DNA of 64,000 nucleotides from a bacterium. Its GTDB lineage: Bacteria; Zhuqueibacterota; Zhuqueibacteria; Zhuqueibacterales; Zhuqueibacteraceae. Both the position numbers and the translations under genes were made by a program. The notes under the pieces were generated by a model, which was not told the DNA's origin, made no database searches, and saw nothing but the letters and a program-made list of their open reading frames with translations. Positions 1 through 8,788 of the stretch are shown here, one piece after another (position 1 is the first letter of the stretch; each line of letters opens with the position of its first letter). The stretch spans positions 1 to 64,000 of the forward strand of contig JBIOXB010000063.1 of NCBI GenBank assembly GCA_044869275.1, written 5' to 3'.

Positions 1-654
1 GAAAGCAAGGATCGCTGGGGTTGAATATGTTGCCTCCGCGGCCATGCCGGTTCCGAATCCCTTACCATTCTTGTGGTCGTGCTCGCGGAAAATAAATGTC
101 ATGCTGATTCCCGCAATGACGGCGATCGACATGGCAAAGAGTAAACGGCCAATGGCGAAATCGACGCCGATGACCGAGGCGGTGAGAATGATTGCGGTCA
201 CATTGATGGCGGGGCCGGTGAAAAGAAACGCCACTGCCGGGCCGATGCCGGCGCCGCGTTTGTAGATGCCGGCAAATAACGGCAAAATCGTGCAGGAGCA
301 CACTGCCAGCAAACCGCCGGAAATCGCGGCTACAGGATACGCAATATATTTTTTCGCGGCCGGTCCGAGCAATAGCAGAATCGCATCCTTTTTCACATAA
401 ACCGCGATGCCGCCGGCGATGAAGAAGGCCGGCACCAAACAAGTGAGCACATGTTTGCGCGCGTATTCTTGCAGTAATGCCAAGCCGCCCGCCAGCGCCC
501 GCGACGCATTTTCTGTAGTGATGGGCAAGTAGTAAAACGCCAAAAACGTGGCGACGAGTGCTGCAAACTTTTTCCACTCCGTTGCGGATTTATCCGTGAA
601 TGCCGAGCGCCAATCTTGCCAATGTGCTCGTAAAGTGTGTGTGTTACCGCTCAT
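1..654 (-). CDS. Permease, DUF318/ArsP-like (3' end outside window)
   Basis: Hand translation from ATG at 654: MSGNTHTLRAHW...HVLTCLVPAFFIAGGI...LAVCSCTILPLFAGIYKRGAGIGPAVAFLFTGPAIN. CSC and GPAIN motifs; ATGA overlap with the upstream gene. Missing from the ORF track because it runs off the window. Confidence 0.85.
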   Translation of the reverse strand, partial: MSGNTHTLRAHWQDWRSAFTDKSATEWKKFAALVATFLAFYYLPITTENASRALAGGLALLQEYARKHVLTCLVPAFFIAGGIAVYVKKDAILLLLGPAAKKYIAYPVAAISGGLLAVCSCTILPLFAGIYKRGAGIGPAVAFLFTGPAINVTAIILTASVIGVDFAIGRLLFAMSIAVIAGISMTFIFREHDHKNGKGFGTGMAAEATYSTPAILAF

Positions 655-914
655 TGTGATTCCTCTGCTTTCGTCAAAAATTTCTGCAAGAGGGATTTGA
701 TTTCTTCCACGCTGTTGACGCGGCCTTGACTCACCACCTCGCTGTCAAACGCCAAGCCGGGCGTGCGCACGATGCCCGCGGTAATCATCGCATCAATGTC
801 AGTCACTTTTTCGAACTCCACTTGCAGGCCCATTTCTTCCACGGCGCGGCGTGCGCGCTGTTCTAAAGTCCTGCAATTCACGCAGCCCGGACCATAAACT
901 TGGATTTTCATCAT
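651..914 (-). CDS. Small thioredoxin-family redox-active disulfide protein (MTH895-like)
   Basis: MKIQVYGPGCVNC (CxxC) and TPGL motif; commonly paired with DUF318 permeases. Confidence 0.88.
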   Translation of the reverse strand: MMKIQVYGPGCVNCRTLEQRARRAVEEMGLQVEFEKVTDIDAMITAGIVRTPGLAFDSEVVSQGRVNSVEEIKSLLQKFLTKAEESQ

Positions 915-941
915 GCATTCCTGTATATGAGTTATTGATTT

Positions 942-959
942 CATGAGCAATTACTCATG
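942..959. promoter_or_regulatory. Palindromic operator, ArsR/SmtB-like
   Basis: CATGAG-CAATTA-CTCATG just upstream of the thioredoxin-permease genes. Confidence 0.5.
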
Positions 960-1001
960 GATGAAGCAACAAAAAAAACTTTACACCTCGCGATAGATTA
1001 T

Positions 1002-1017
1002 TTCAATCCGCGTGCCA
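1002..1017 (-). promoter_or_regulatory. Candidate sigma54 -24/-12 promoter
   Basis: Minus strand TGGCACGCGGATTGAA against consensus TGGCACG-N4-TTGC (GA instead of GC at -12). Confidence 0.55.
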
Positions 1018-1222
1018 TAAGGAGAGCAACGAAAAAAAGCGCGGAAAAGTCTGATTTTTTAATGGGTTGAGCACAGGCGACAATTTCCAGCGCCAATCCG
1101 GATTTCTCAGAGTTCGGAAAAACAAAGAGGGATTTTTTATTTTCAGGAAAGTGGGAGAAAATAAGGCGGAAGAAAATAAATCTTCAGTTAATGGAAGCCC
1201 AATAATTGGAACGTAAGTGCAA

Positions 1223-1672
1223 TCACTTTATTGCCTTGAATACACCGACTCCCAAAGATGCGCCGATCAATGGCGCTGCCAAATAAACCCACAGAGTCTC
1301 AAGATTGCCGGATAACAGCCCCGGCGCCAATGAACGCGCAGGATTCATGGAAGCACCGGTGATCGGCCCGGCAAACAGAGCTTCCAGTGCCACGACCGCG
1401 CTCACCGCGATGCCGGCGGTGATGCCCTTTTCCTTAATTCGCGCGCGGGCAGGTAGCCTGCCAGCCAAAACCCAAAAGTCACTGCGGGGTTGATGTGGGC
1501 TCCAGAAATCTCACCCAGGGCGTAAATCATGGCCAAAACGATAAAACCAAACGTCAGCGCAATGCCAACATGCGTGACCGCGCCGCCTGTGACTTCATTG
1601 ATCACGATTGCGCCAGTGCCGCAAAAAAACCAGTGCAAAGGTTGCAATCAGCTCCGCCAAAGACTTTTTCAT
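1223..1672 (-). pseudogene. Aquaporin/MIP channel pseudogene
   Basis: [16 protein letters not shown], then a +1 shift in a T7 run (1623-1629), then CGTGAI...[11 protein letters not shown] second frame change near 1440, with the central helices missing, leads to KEKGITAG...GASMNPARS. Both NPA motifs are present but in different frames. Confidence 0.85.
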
Positions 1673-1680
1673 GAGCAGGG

Positions 1681-2094
1681 TTAAAGTAGAATTTGCAGGC
1701 TCGTCTCAATCTGATCGCGAATCTCGCGGAATTTGGCCAGGCGTTCGGCTTCGGTTCCGGTGGTAGCGGAAGGGTCCTCAAAGCTCCAATGCCATTGGGC
1801 TTTGTTGGTGGGAAAATAGGGGCAGGCTTCCTGTGCGTGGTCGCAGACGGTGATGACGTAATCGAACTCGATTCCCATGTACTTGTCGATATGATCTGAA
1901 GTATGATGGGAAATATCGAGGCCTTTCTCCGCCATCGCTTTGATCGCCAGCGGATGGACGCGGGTAGATTGCGTGCCCGCGCTAAAAACCTCGAAACGGT
2001 CGCCGGCGAGATGTCGCAGCAGCCCTTCGGCCATTTGGCTGCGCGCGGAATTATGGGTGCAAATGAAAATGACGCGTTTTCTTGGTCTGGTCAT
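1681..2094 (-). CDS. arsC: Arsenate reductase, LMW-PTP type
   Basis: CTHNSARSQMAE P-loop, ITVCDHAQEACP and HWSFEDP; downstream of arsR. Confidence 0.9.
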   Translation of the reverse strand: MTRPRKRVIFICTHNSARSQMAEGLLRHLAGDRFEVFSAGTQSTRVHPLAIKAMAEKGLDISHHTSDHIDKYMGIEFDYVITVCDHAQEACPYFPTNKAQWHWSFEDPSATTGTEAERLAKFREIRDQIETSLQILL

Positions 2095-2500
2095 TCTGCT
2101 TGACTCTCCTCTGGTAAGCCCTCCGTATCTCTGCCGCCGTAACGAACCCGACCACGCATTTGCCTTCTTCTCGCAAGGCCATGCGGTGCGATAATTTTAC
2201 CGCGTCATCAGCGAACGTCTCTTCCTTGAGATGGCGGCTCAACATTTTGAACAAATCACGTCGTAACGGCGACGTCCCACGATCAAGCCGGTAATAAACC
2301 CAGGTACCTCGGCGCTGGGATTGCACCAGTCCGGCGTTTTTCAGAATGGTCAGGTGCTTGGATATCAGATATTGCGGCAGCGCCAAGGCCTCTACCATTT
2401 CACAAACGCAAATATCATCATCCGTATGCAGGAGCAAACTGACCAATCTCAGCCGGGTTTCGTCGCCCAGAGCCTTAAAAATTTCAGTCTGATTGAGCAT
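2051..2500 (-). CDS. arsR: ArsR/SmtB metalloregulator
   Basis: FKALGDETRLRL, CVCE metal site, ISKHLTILKNAGLV HTH and RRGTWVYY wing; probable start at 2500. Confidence 0.9.
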   Translation of the reverse strand: MLNQTEIFKALGDETRLRLVSLLLHTDDDICVCEMVEALALPQYLISKHLTILKNAGLVQSQRRGTWVYYRLDRGTSPLRRDLFKMLSRHLKEETFADDAVKLSHRMALREEGKCVVGFVTAAEIRRAYQRRVKQNDQTKKTRHFHLHP

Positions 2501-2534
2501 TCGCAATATGCTTATATGCACTTTCAGGCATATA
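2498..2534. promoter_or_regulatory. Putative ArsR operator
   Basis: Perfect TATATGC-N8-GCATATA (2513-2534) plus a second imperfect palindrome abutting the arsR start codon. Confidence 0.55.
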
Positions 2535-2615
2535 CTAAACATATCAAGGCGAATAAGCAAACAGTTTTTTGGGCTAAAACGAAACCATTCAGCAGGGGGG
2601 AGGGGCGATGCTGGA

Positions 2616-3569
2616 TTAGCGCTCTCCTTCGATCACCGTCCCAGTCCTGCCCGCCATGGCTTCGGCCAGTTGCTCAATGGAGGTGATGATGGCACGCCGT
2701 CCACCGCTTTCTAAGAACTGCACGGCGGCACGGACTTTCGGCCCCATGCTGCCCTCGGGGAATTGGCCCTCTGCCAGGAGCTGTTGCGCTTCCACCACCG
2801 TCATGCGATCCAGCCAGCGTTGAGTAGGCTGGGCAAAATCGAGCGCCACTTTCTCCACCGCGGTGAGACTGACCAGCTCATCGGCACCGATATCGCGCGC
2901 CAAAATTGCCGCGGCATAGTCCTTGTCCACCACGGCGTTGATGCCCTCCAGTTTTTCTTCGCGATCAACGTACACCGGAATGCCGCCGCCGCCCGCCGCA
3001 ATGACCACGCGGTCATTGGCAACTAATTCGCGGATGACGTTCTTCTCCACGATCGCCAGGGGCATGGGCGAAGGCACCACGCGGCGCCAGCCGCGGCCCG
3101 GATCATCCTTCATGATCCATCCCCTTCGCCGCAGTTCCCCCAGGCGCTCCGGATCATAGCAGGGGCCGACAAACTTCGTCGGTGCGGCAATCGAGGGATC
3201 GTTGGGTGAGACCATGACCTGGGTGACAATGGTCACGACTTCTTTTTGCACATTGTGCCGATGCAGCATATTGAGCAGCGACTGCTGGATCATGAATCCC
3301 ATGCCCCCCTGCAAATCGGCGACGATCACGCCCAGGGGCAAGGGTGGAACTTCATCACGACTGCGTTCCACGCGAATGAGCGCATTGCCCACTTGCGGGC
3401 CATTGCCATGAACGATGACGACACGATGCCCCTGCGTGATCAGCGTCACCACGCCCGCCAAGCTGCGCCGCGTGTTGGCAAACTGCTGGTAAATATTGCC
3501 GTCTTCAAACTCGCGAGTGATGGCGTTGCCGCCGAGCGCAACCACGATCGTTTTGAGTTCTCTGGTCAT
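2616..3569 (-). CDS. arcC: Carbamate kinase
   Basis: VVALGGNA, HGNGPQVG, PTKFVG, GWRRVVPSP, GGGGIPV, AVVDKD and GSMGPKV motifs. Confidence 0.95.
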   Translation of the reverse strand: MTRELKTIVVALGGNAITREFEDGNIYQQFANTRRSLAGVVTLITQGHRVVIVHGNGPQVGNALIRVERSRDEVPPLPLGVIVADLQGGMGFMIQQSLLNMLHRHNVQKEVVTIVTQVMVSPNDPSIAAPTKFVGPCYDPERLGELRRRGWIMKDDPGRGWRRVVPSPMPLAIVEKNVIRELVANDRVVIAAGGGGIPVYVDREEKLEGINAVVDKDYAAAILARDIGADELVSLTAVEKVALDFAQPTQRWLDRMTVVEAQQLLAEGQFPEGSMGPKVRAAVQFLESGGRRAIITSIEQLAEAMAGRTGTVIEGER

Positions 3570-3725
3570 GCCCTGGTCTTGTCTTGTAGTGTCCGAGAAC
3601 GGGTTTTCAGGCAAGCTGAAAACCGATTTCCTTTGGGCGGCCCCAACGGAGAGATGAAGACCAACGGATAAAGCTCTTTGGTCGTTTCATCGGTTGGTCT
3701 TCATTCATCCGCTGGCGAAAAATTC

Positions 3726-5039
3726 TCATGAAAATCGCTGGAGGAAATCCGCGAGCGTGGGCTGACCGATCTCCTGCAATTCGTACGTCACCCGCGCCGC
3801 GGGTTTGTTGAGCGAGACTAAATGCCGCAAATCGATCGGTGTGGCAATCACCACCGCCTCGCAATCCGTGGCGTTGATCGTCGCTTCGAGATCGTGTACC
3901 TGCTTTTCGCTGTAGCCCATGGCCGGCAGGAGCGGGCCGTTGCCCGGATACTTTTGAAACGTGTCGATCAGGCTGCCGCGCAGAAAGGGGCGCGGGTCGA
4001 CGATCGCCGCGGCGCCGAAACGCCGCGCCGCCACCACGCCGGCACCGAGAGCCATTTCGCCGTGCGTCACGGTCGGGCCGTCTTCAATGCACAGCACGCG
4101 CTTGCCGCGAATGAGGGCCGGATCGTCGACGAGAATCGGCGAGGCCGCCTCGATGATGGCGGCGGCGGGATTGACCTCGTGAATGGATTGCCGCACGGTG
4201 TCGACGTCCTGCGGACGCGCGCTGCCGATTTTGTTGATGACCACGACTTCCGCCATGCGCAAGTTGGTCTCACCCGGATGGTAGCGCAGCTCATGCCCGG
4301 GCCGCAAGGGGTCCGCAACGACAATATGCAGGTCCGGCTTGAAAAAAGGCGTGTCGTTGTTGCCGCCATCCCACAAAATAACATCCGCCTCGGCCTGCGC
4401 TCTTTCCAAAATGGCGGCATAATCGACGCCGGCATAGACAAAGGTGCCCATCTTGAGATGCTGCTCATACTCTTCTCTTTCCTCGATCGTGCAATGCTGG
4501 CGATCAAGATCGTCATATGACGCAAAGCGCTGCACCGCTTGCGCCGCCAGATCTCCATAAGGCATCGGGTGCCGCACCGCGACCAGCTTCTTTCCCTTGC
4601 TCTTCAAGTACTGCGCCACCCGGCGGGTGGTCTGGCTTTTACCCGCGCCGGTACGCACGGCGCAGATGGTCACCACGGGCTTTTTAGCCGGCAGCATTGT
4701 TTCTTGGGTGCCGAGCAAAGTGAAGCGAGCACCGGCAGCCATCACCGCACTGGCGCGATGCATGACGTATTCATGAGAAACATCACTGTAGGAGAAGACC
4801 ACTTCGTAGATGTGGAGCTCCTGGATCAATGAAACCAGCCGGTCTTCCTCATAGATCGGTATACCCTGCGGATAAAGCTTGCCGGCGAGTTGTGGGGGAT
4901 ACTTGCGGCCGTGAATGTCAGGAATTTGCGTGGCCGTAAAACAGACCACTTCAGACTCCTCGTGGTCGCGAAAACATACGTTAAAATTGTGAAAGTCCCT
5001 TCCAGCCGCACCCATAATCAAGATTCGTCGTCGTGCCAT
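3726..5039 (-). CDS. COG2403 P-loop protein (cyclic 2,3-diphosphoglycerate synthetase-like), probable arginine synthetase ArcE
   Basis: GAAGRDFHNFN, AVRTGAGKSQT, RHPMPYG, WDGGNND and EDGPT motifs; co-oriented upstream of carbamate kinase. Confidence 0.8.
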   Translation of the reverse strand: MARRRILIMGAAGRDFHNFNVCFRDHEESEVVCFTATQIPDIHGRKYPPQLAGKLYPQGIPIYEEDRLVSLIQELHIYEVVFSYSDVSHEYVMHRASAVMAAGARFTLLGTQETMLPAKKPVVTICAVRTGAGKSQTTRRVAQYLKSKGKKLVAVRHPMPYGDLAAQAVQRFASYDDLDRQHCTIEEREEYEQHLKMGTFVYAGVDYAAILERAQAEADVILWDGGNNDTPFFKPDLHIVVADPLRPGHELRYHPGETNLRMAEVVVINKIGSARPQDVDTVRQSIHEVNPAAAIIEAASPILVDDPALIRGKRVLCIEDGPTVTHGEMALGAGVVAARRFGAAAIVDPRPFLRGSLIDTFQKYPGNGPLLPAMGYSEKQVHDLEATINATDCEAVVIATPIDLRHLVSLNKPAARVTYELQEIGQPTLADFLQRFS

Positions 5040-5277
5040 GGGAATCACCTTCATAAAATGTGAGAGTTTTTTTTACTCTCCGCGTGAGATCAAATATGTG
5101 AGGAGGGCGAACCGCTCAAGCAGGAATTAAAAATTGGGAAAAATTGCAAAAGAAGCAAGAGATTAATGGAATAGAGCGTTCAGTTCAGTGTCGCATCCCA
5201 CTTTGTCATTGGAGGAAATTTGGTTAGTGCTCCTCAATTCGCCTGGTACGAACGTCGCTGCGTGCGCTTTTTCCTTT

Positions 5278-5640
5278 TCAGGCCCTGCTTGTCCGGGTTG
5301 TGTTGAATATATTTCTCCCGCGCGGCCGCCATTGAAATCTCGCCAAATCGATGCCCCCATTCCGGTCGAATTTGATGCCTTCCTTTTTCAATAGTGCGTG
5401 CTGCAACTCGTAACCCGCCATGCGTGGCAGTGAAATCGTACCTCGACTGTTGATCACGCGATGCCACGGCAAGCCTTCCTTATCCGAAGCAACATGCAGT
5501 ACCCACGCTACTTGCCGCGCGGCGCGCGGCTGTCCTGCTAGTGCTGCAATCTGTCCGTAGGTCGCCACCTTCCCGCGCGGAATGCGCCTGATCAACGCTT
5601 TTGCCCTGGAATGAAATGAAGCTGATTTTCGGTTTGACAT
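5278..5640 (-). CDS. Alkyltransferase-like (ATL/YbaZ, MGMT family) protein
   Basis: IPRGKVATYGQIA and PWHRV, with Trp in place of the catalytic Cys. Confidence 0.9.
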   Translation of the reverse strand: MSNRKSASFHSRAKALIRRIPRGKVATYGQIAALAGQPRAARQVAWVLHVASDKEGLPWHRVINSRGTISLPRMAGYELQHALLKKEGIKFDRNGGIDLARFQWRPRGRNIFNTTRTSRA

Positions 5641-5751
5641 AGTGCAAAATAATTACCATTATCGTGAGGTGCAACACGTTCCTGGAATATGTCATCCCGC
5701 CTTGCAGGATCCTGGTAAGACTGGGCACTGTGGGAATGCGTCACAAGATTC

Positions 5752-5868
5752 AGCCTGTGTGAAAACGCTTGGTTTCAACGCAGGCTGAGCCTGTCGAAGC
5801 CGGACTTTTTGAACTTAGCACCCTTCGACAAGCTCAGGGTGCGGCATTCCCATGTTTTCACACAGTCT
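5752..5868. mobile_element. 117-bp MITE-like element
   Basis: 15-bp TIRs AGCCTGTGTGAAAAC / GTTTTCACACAGTCT (1 mismatch); GATTC direct repeats at 5747-5751 and 5869-5873; internal palindrome at 5785-5799/5823-5837. Confidence 0.75.
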
Positions 5869-5917
5869 GATTCCTGCTTCAGGAAAAGAGTATTCGAAAC
5901 AAACGGGAGAATCGTGC

Positions 5918-8779
5918 ATGAAGCGTTGCCGTGCTCTGTCGTTCGTTGCCGCCAGTGTTCTTGCTTTGAGCCCTGTGCTCTTTGCCCAATCCGATAGCGT
6001 CGATGTCACTTTTTATTACCAGCCTGCCGGCAACCCGAGCGTGGTTTTCTTGCCGGGGGAATTCAACAACTGGGGTCCGAACAGCAGCGGCACGATCGCG
6101 AACAATGCGCCCTCGCGGATGAGTTTTGAAGCGGCCACGGGACAATGGGTAAAAACCGTACGCTTGCGCGTAGGCGGCCAGCCCAACGGCGGTGTGGCCG
6201 GCGCCTATCAATACAAATTTAATGAAAACGGCAGTGGCGGCGGCTGGCTTTCCGACCCGCTCAATCCGCGCCGTAATCCGAATGATAATAACAATTCGTT
6301 CCTGTACGTCAAAAATCCCGTGATTCATTATCTCCTGCCCAATACCGTCTCCGGCGCGGTGAACGGCACCAGGCCGAAAATTACCGCCTACATTTTTCCA
6401 GCAAAAAACAGCGCGATTGACACGGCGACGCTGCGCCTGTTCATCGACGATACCGAATACCAAAATCTCGGCACGAATTATGATGCCGCCGCAAAAACTT
6501 TTTCTTTCATTCCCCCTGCGCCGCTGCCCGGCGGCTCGCACAAGGTCAAGCTGGTCGCCCGCAGCACGGCCGGCTCGCAAAATGCCGACAGCACCACTTT
6601 CACTATTCTCATCAATCCGCCTTTGGTGGTGGAAGCACTTCCCGCCGGCGTGAAAGACGGCATCAATTATATCAATCCGACCACCGCGACGTTGGTTTTG
6701 CAGGCCCCGCGCAAACAATTCGCGTATTTAATCGGCAGCTTCAATAACTGGCAGATCGATAACAACTATTTTATGAAAAGGACCCCGGATAGCAGTCGAT
6801 ATTGGATCACGCTCAACAATCTTACACCCGCCAATCAATCTCTATTTCAATATCTCGTGAACGGCAGCCTGCGTATTGCCGATCCCTATGCCGAGCAGGT
6901 GAGCGATCCGTTTAATGACCAATTTATCCTGAGCGCCACTTATCCCGGTTTGATTCCTTATCCTTCCGGAAAAACGGAAGAAATCGCCTCGTTGCTGCAA
7001 ACCGCGCAGACGCCATACCATTGGCAGGCGGTGAATTATCAGCGTCCCGCGCAAAAAGATCTGGTGATTTACGAATTGCTGATTCGCGATTTCATTGCCG
7101 CGCATGATTACAAAACGTTGATCGACACGCTTGGTTATCTCCAAAACCTCGGTGTGAATGCCATCGAGCTTATGCCCATCAATGAATTCGGCGGCAACAT
7201 CAGCTGGGGTTACAATCCTGCTTTTTATTTTGCCGCCGACAAGTATTACGGTCCGCGACAGGACTTAAAACGCTTCATCGATGAATGCCACCAGCGCGGC
7301 ATTGCCGTAATCCTCGACATGGTGCTGCAGCATTCCGACGGCCTTCATCCATTGGTGCGGCTGTATAATACCGGCGGCTATGGCCCGCCGGCGCCGGGAA
7401 ATCCCTGGTACAATGTTTCCGCTCCTCATACCGACTTTTCGTTCGGATATGATTTCAATCACGAGAGCAATGCCACCAAGACGTTCGTGGATGAGGTCAA
7501 TTCATACTGGCTGAAAGAATACCGGGTGGATGGCTTTCGCTTCGATTTTACGCGTGGATTCACGAATCGAGTCGGTACAAGCGGAGGCCGGGACAATTCG
7601 CGTATTGCCATCTTGAAAAGAATGGCAGATCAAATTTGGGCGGTGGATTCGACGGCATATGTCATCCTTGAACACTTGATCGATGATAACAGTGAAATGA
7701 AAGAGCTGGCGGAATACCAGCGCGGCATGATGCTGTGGGGCAATTTGAACACAGCGTACAGCCAATCGGCCATGGGCTGGCTTGAGGATTCCGGCAGATC
7801 CGCCGATCTGGCGTGGGGATATTACAAAACCCGCGGCTGGAACAAGCCGGGATTGATCACTTATATGGAAAGCCATGATGAAGAATGGCTGATGTACAGA
7901 AATCTGCAATTCGGCCGGAGCAGCGGTAATTACAATGTCAAGGATTTGAACACGGCACTGAGCCGCATCAAACTGGTGGCCGCGTTTTTTCTGACCGTGC
8001 CCGGGCCGAAAATGCTCTGGCAATTCGGTGAGCTGGGTTACGATCAGCATTTACCCTCCGGCAATGAGCCCGGTCGTACCGATCCCAAGCCGATTAGATG
8101 GAATTATTTACAGCAGCCCGAGCGCTTGCGGCTTTACAAAACTCTTGCCGCATTGTTGAAGCTGCGCCATGAAAACGAAGTTTTTCGCAGCGCGGAAACG
8201 CAGGTCAATTGGCGGGTGGGGCAGGGCCAGTACGATCGCCGCATCAATCTCTCCCATCCGAGCTTGAACGTAACCATCGTCGGCAATTTTCACGTCACAC
8301 CACTCACCGTCAATCCCAATTTCCAAGGCATGGGCACGTGGTATGATTATTTTTCCGGCGATTCGATTAGCGTCACCAACACCCAGGCGACATTCGCTTT
8401 GGCGCCGGGTGAGTTTCACATTTACACAACCAGGCGATTACCACCGCCCGAGCCGGGTCTGGTTACTGGTGTCGAGCAGCCACTTGATCGCGGGATCGTG
8501 CGCGCGTTTGAATTGGAACAGAACTATCCCAACCCGTTCAATCCGGCAACGCAGATGCGCTACGCTTTACCCCGGACGGAAAAGATCGCCGTACGGATTT
8601 ATGATGCTCTGGGACGGGAAGTCATCACTCTATTCGAGGGGCTGCAGACAGCGGGAACACACACCCTCACGTGGGAGGGCAAGGACGGCAGTGGTCGCGA
8701 AGTGCGCAGCGGCATTTATCTGGTGCGGCTCGAAGCGGGTCAACAAACTGCAACGCAGAAGATAATGCTGTTGCGATAG
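5918..8779 (+). CDS. Secreted GH13 alpha-amylase-family enzyme with CBM48-like domains and a T9SS/FlgD-type C-terminal domain
   Basis: Signal peptide; PGEFNNW; IYELLIRDF; WGYNP; catalytic motifs DGFRFD, ILEH and SHDEE; C-terminal LEQNYPNPFNP...SGIYLVRL...KIMLLR. Confidence 0.92.
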   Translation: MKRCRALSFVAASVLALSPVLFAQSDSVDVTFYYQPAGNPSVVFLPGEFNNWGPNSSGTIANNAPSRMSFEAATGQWVKTVRLRVGGQPNGGVAGAYQYKFNENGSGGGWLSDPLNPRRNPNDNNNSFLYVKNPVIHYLLPNTVSGAVNGTRPKITAYIFPAKNSAIDTATLRLFIDDTEYQNLGTNYDAAAKTFSFIPPAPLPGGSHKVKLVARSTAGSQNADSTTFTILINPPLVVEALPAGVKDGINYINPTTATLVLQAPRKQFAYLIGSFNNWQIDNNYFMKRTPDSSRYWITLNNLTPANQSLFQYLVNGSLRIADPYAEQVSDPFNDQFILSATYPGLIPYPSGKTEEIASLLQTAQTPYHWQAVNYQRPAQKDLVIYELLIRDFIAAHDYKTLIDTLGYLQNLGVNAIELMPINEFGGNISWGYNPAFYFAADKYYGPRQDLKRFIDECHQRGIAVILDMVLQHSDGLHPLVRLYNTGGYGPPAPGNPWYNVSAPHTDFSFGYDFNHESNATKTFVDEVNSYWLKEYRVDGFRFDFTRGFTNRVGTSGGRDNSRIAILKRMADQIWAVDSTAYVILEHLIDDNSEMKELAEYQRGMMLWGNLNTAYSQSAMGWLEDSGRSADLAWGYYKTRGWNKPGLITYMESHDEEWLMYRNLQFGRSSGNYNVKDLNTALSRIKLVAAFFLTVPGPKMLWQFGELGYDQHLPSGNEPGRTDPKPIRWNYLQQPERLRLYKTLAALLKLRHENEVFRSAETQVNWRVGQGQYDRRINLSHPSLNVTIVGNFHVTPLTVNPNFQGMGTWYDYFSGDSISVTNTQATFALAPGEFHIYTTRRLPPPEPGLVTGVEQPLDRGIVRAFELEQNYPNPFNPATQMRYALPRTEKIAVRIYDALGREVITLFEGLQTAGTHTLTWEGKDGSGREVRSGIYLVRLEAGQQTATQKIMLLR

Positions 8780-8788
8780 CGTGATCCC

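Noticed and set aside
62..577. 171-aa minus-strand ORF in the track
   Set aside because: Wrong frame; the permease is in another frame starting at 654 and runs off the window.
5278..5640. Active O6-methylguanine methyltransferase
   Set aside because: PWHRV lacks the acceptor Cys, so this is the known non-catalytic ATL class.
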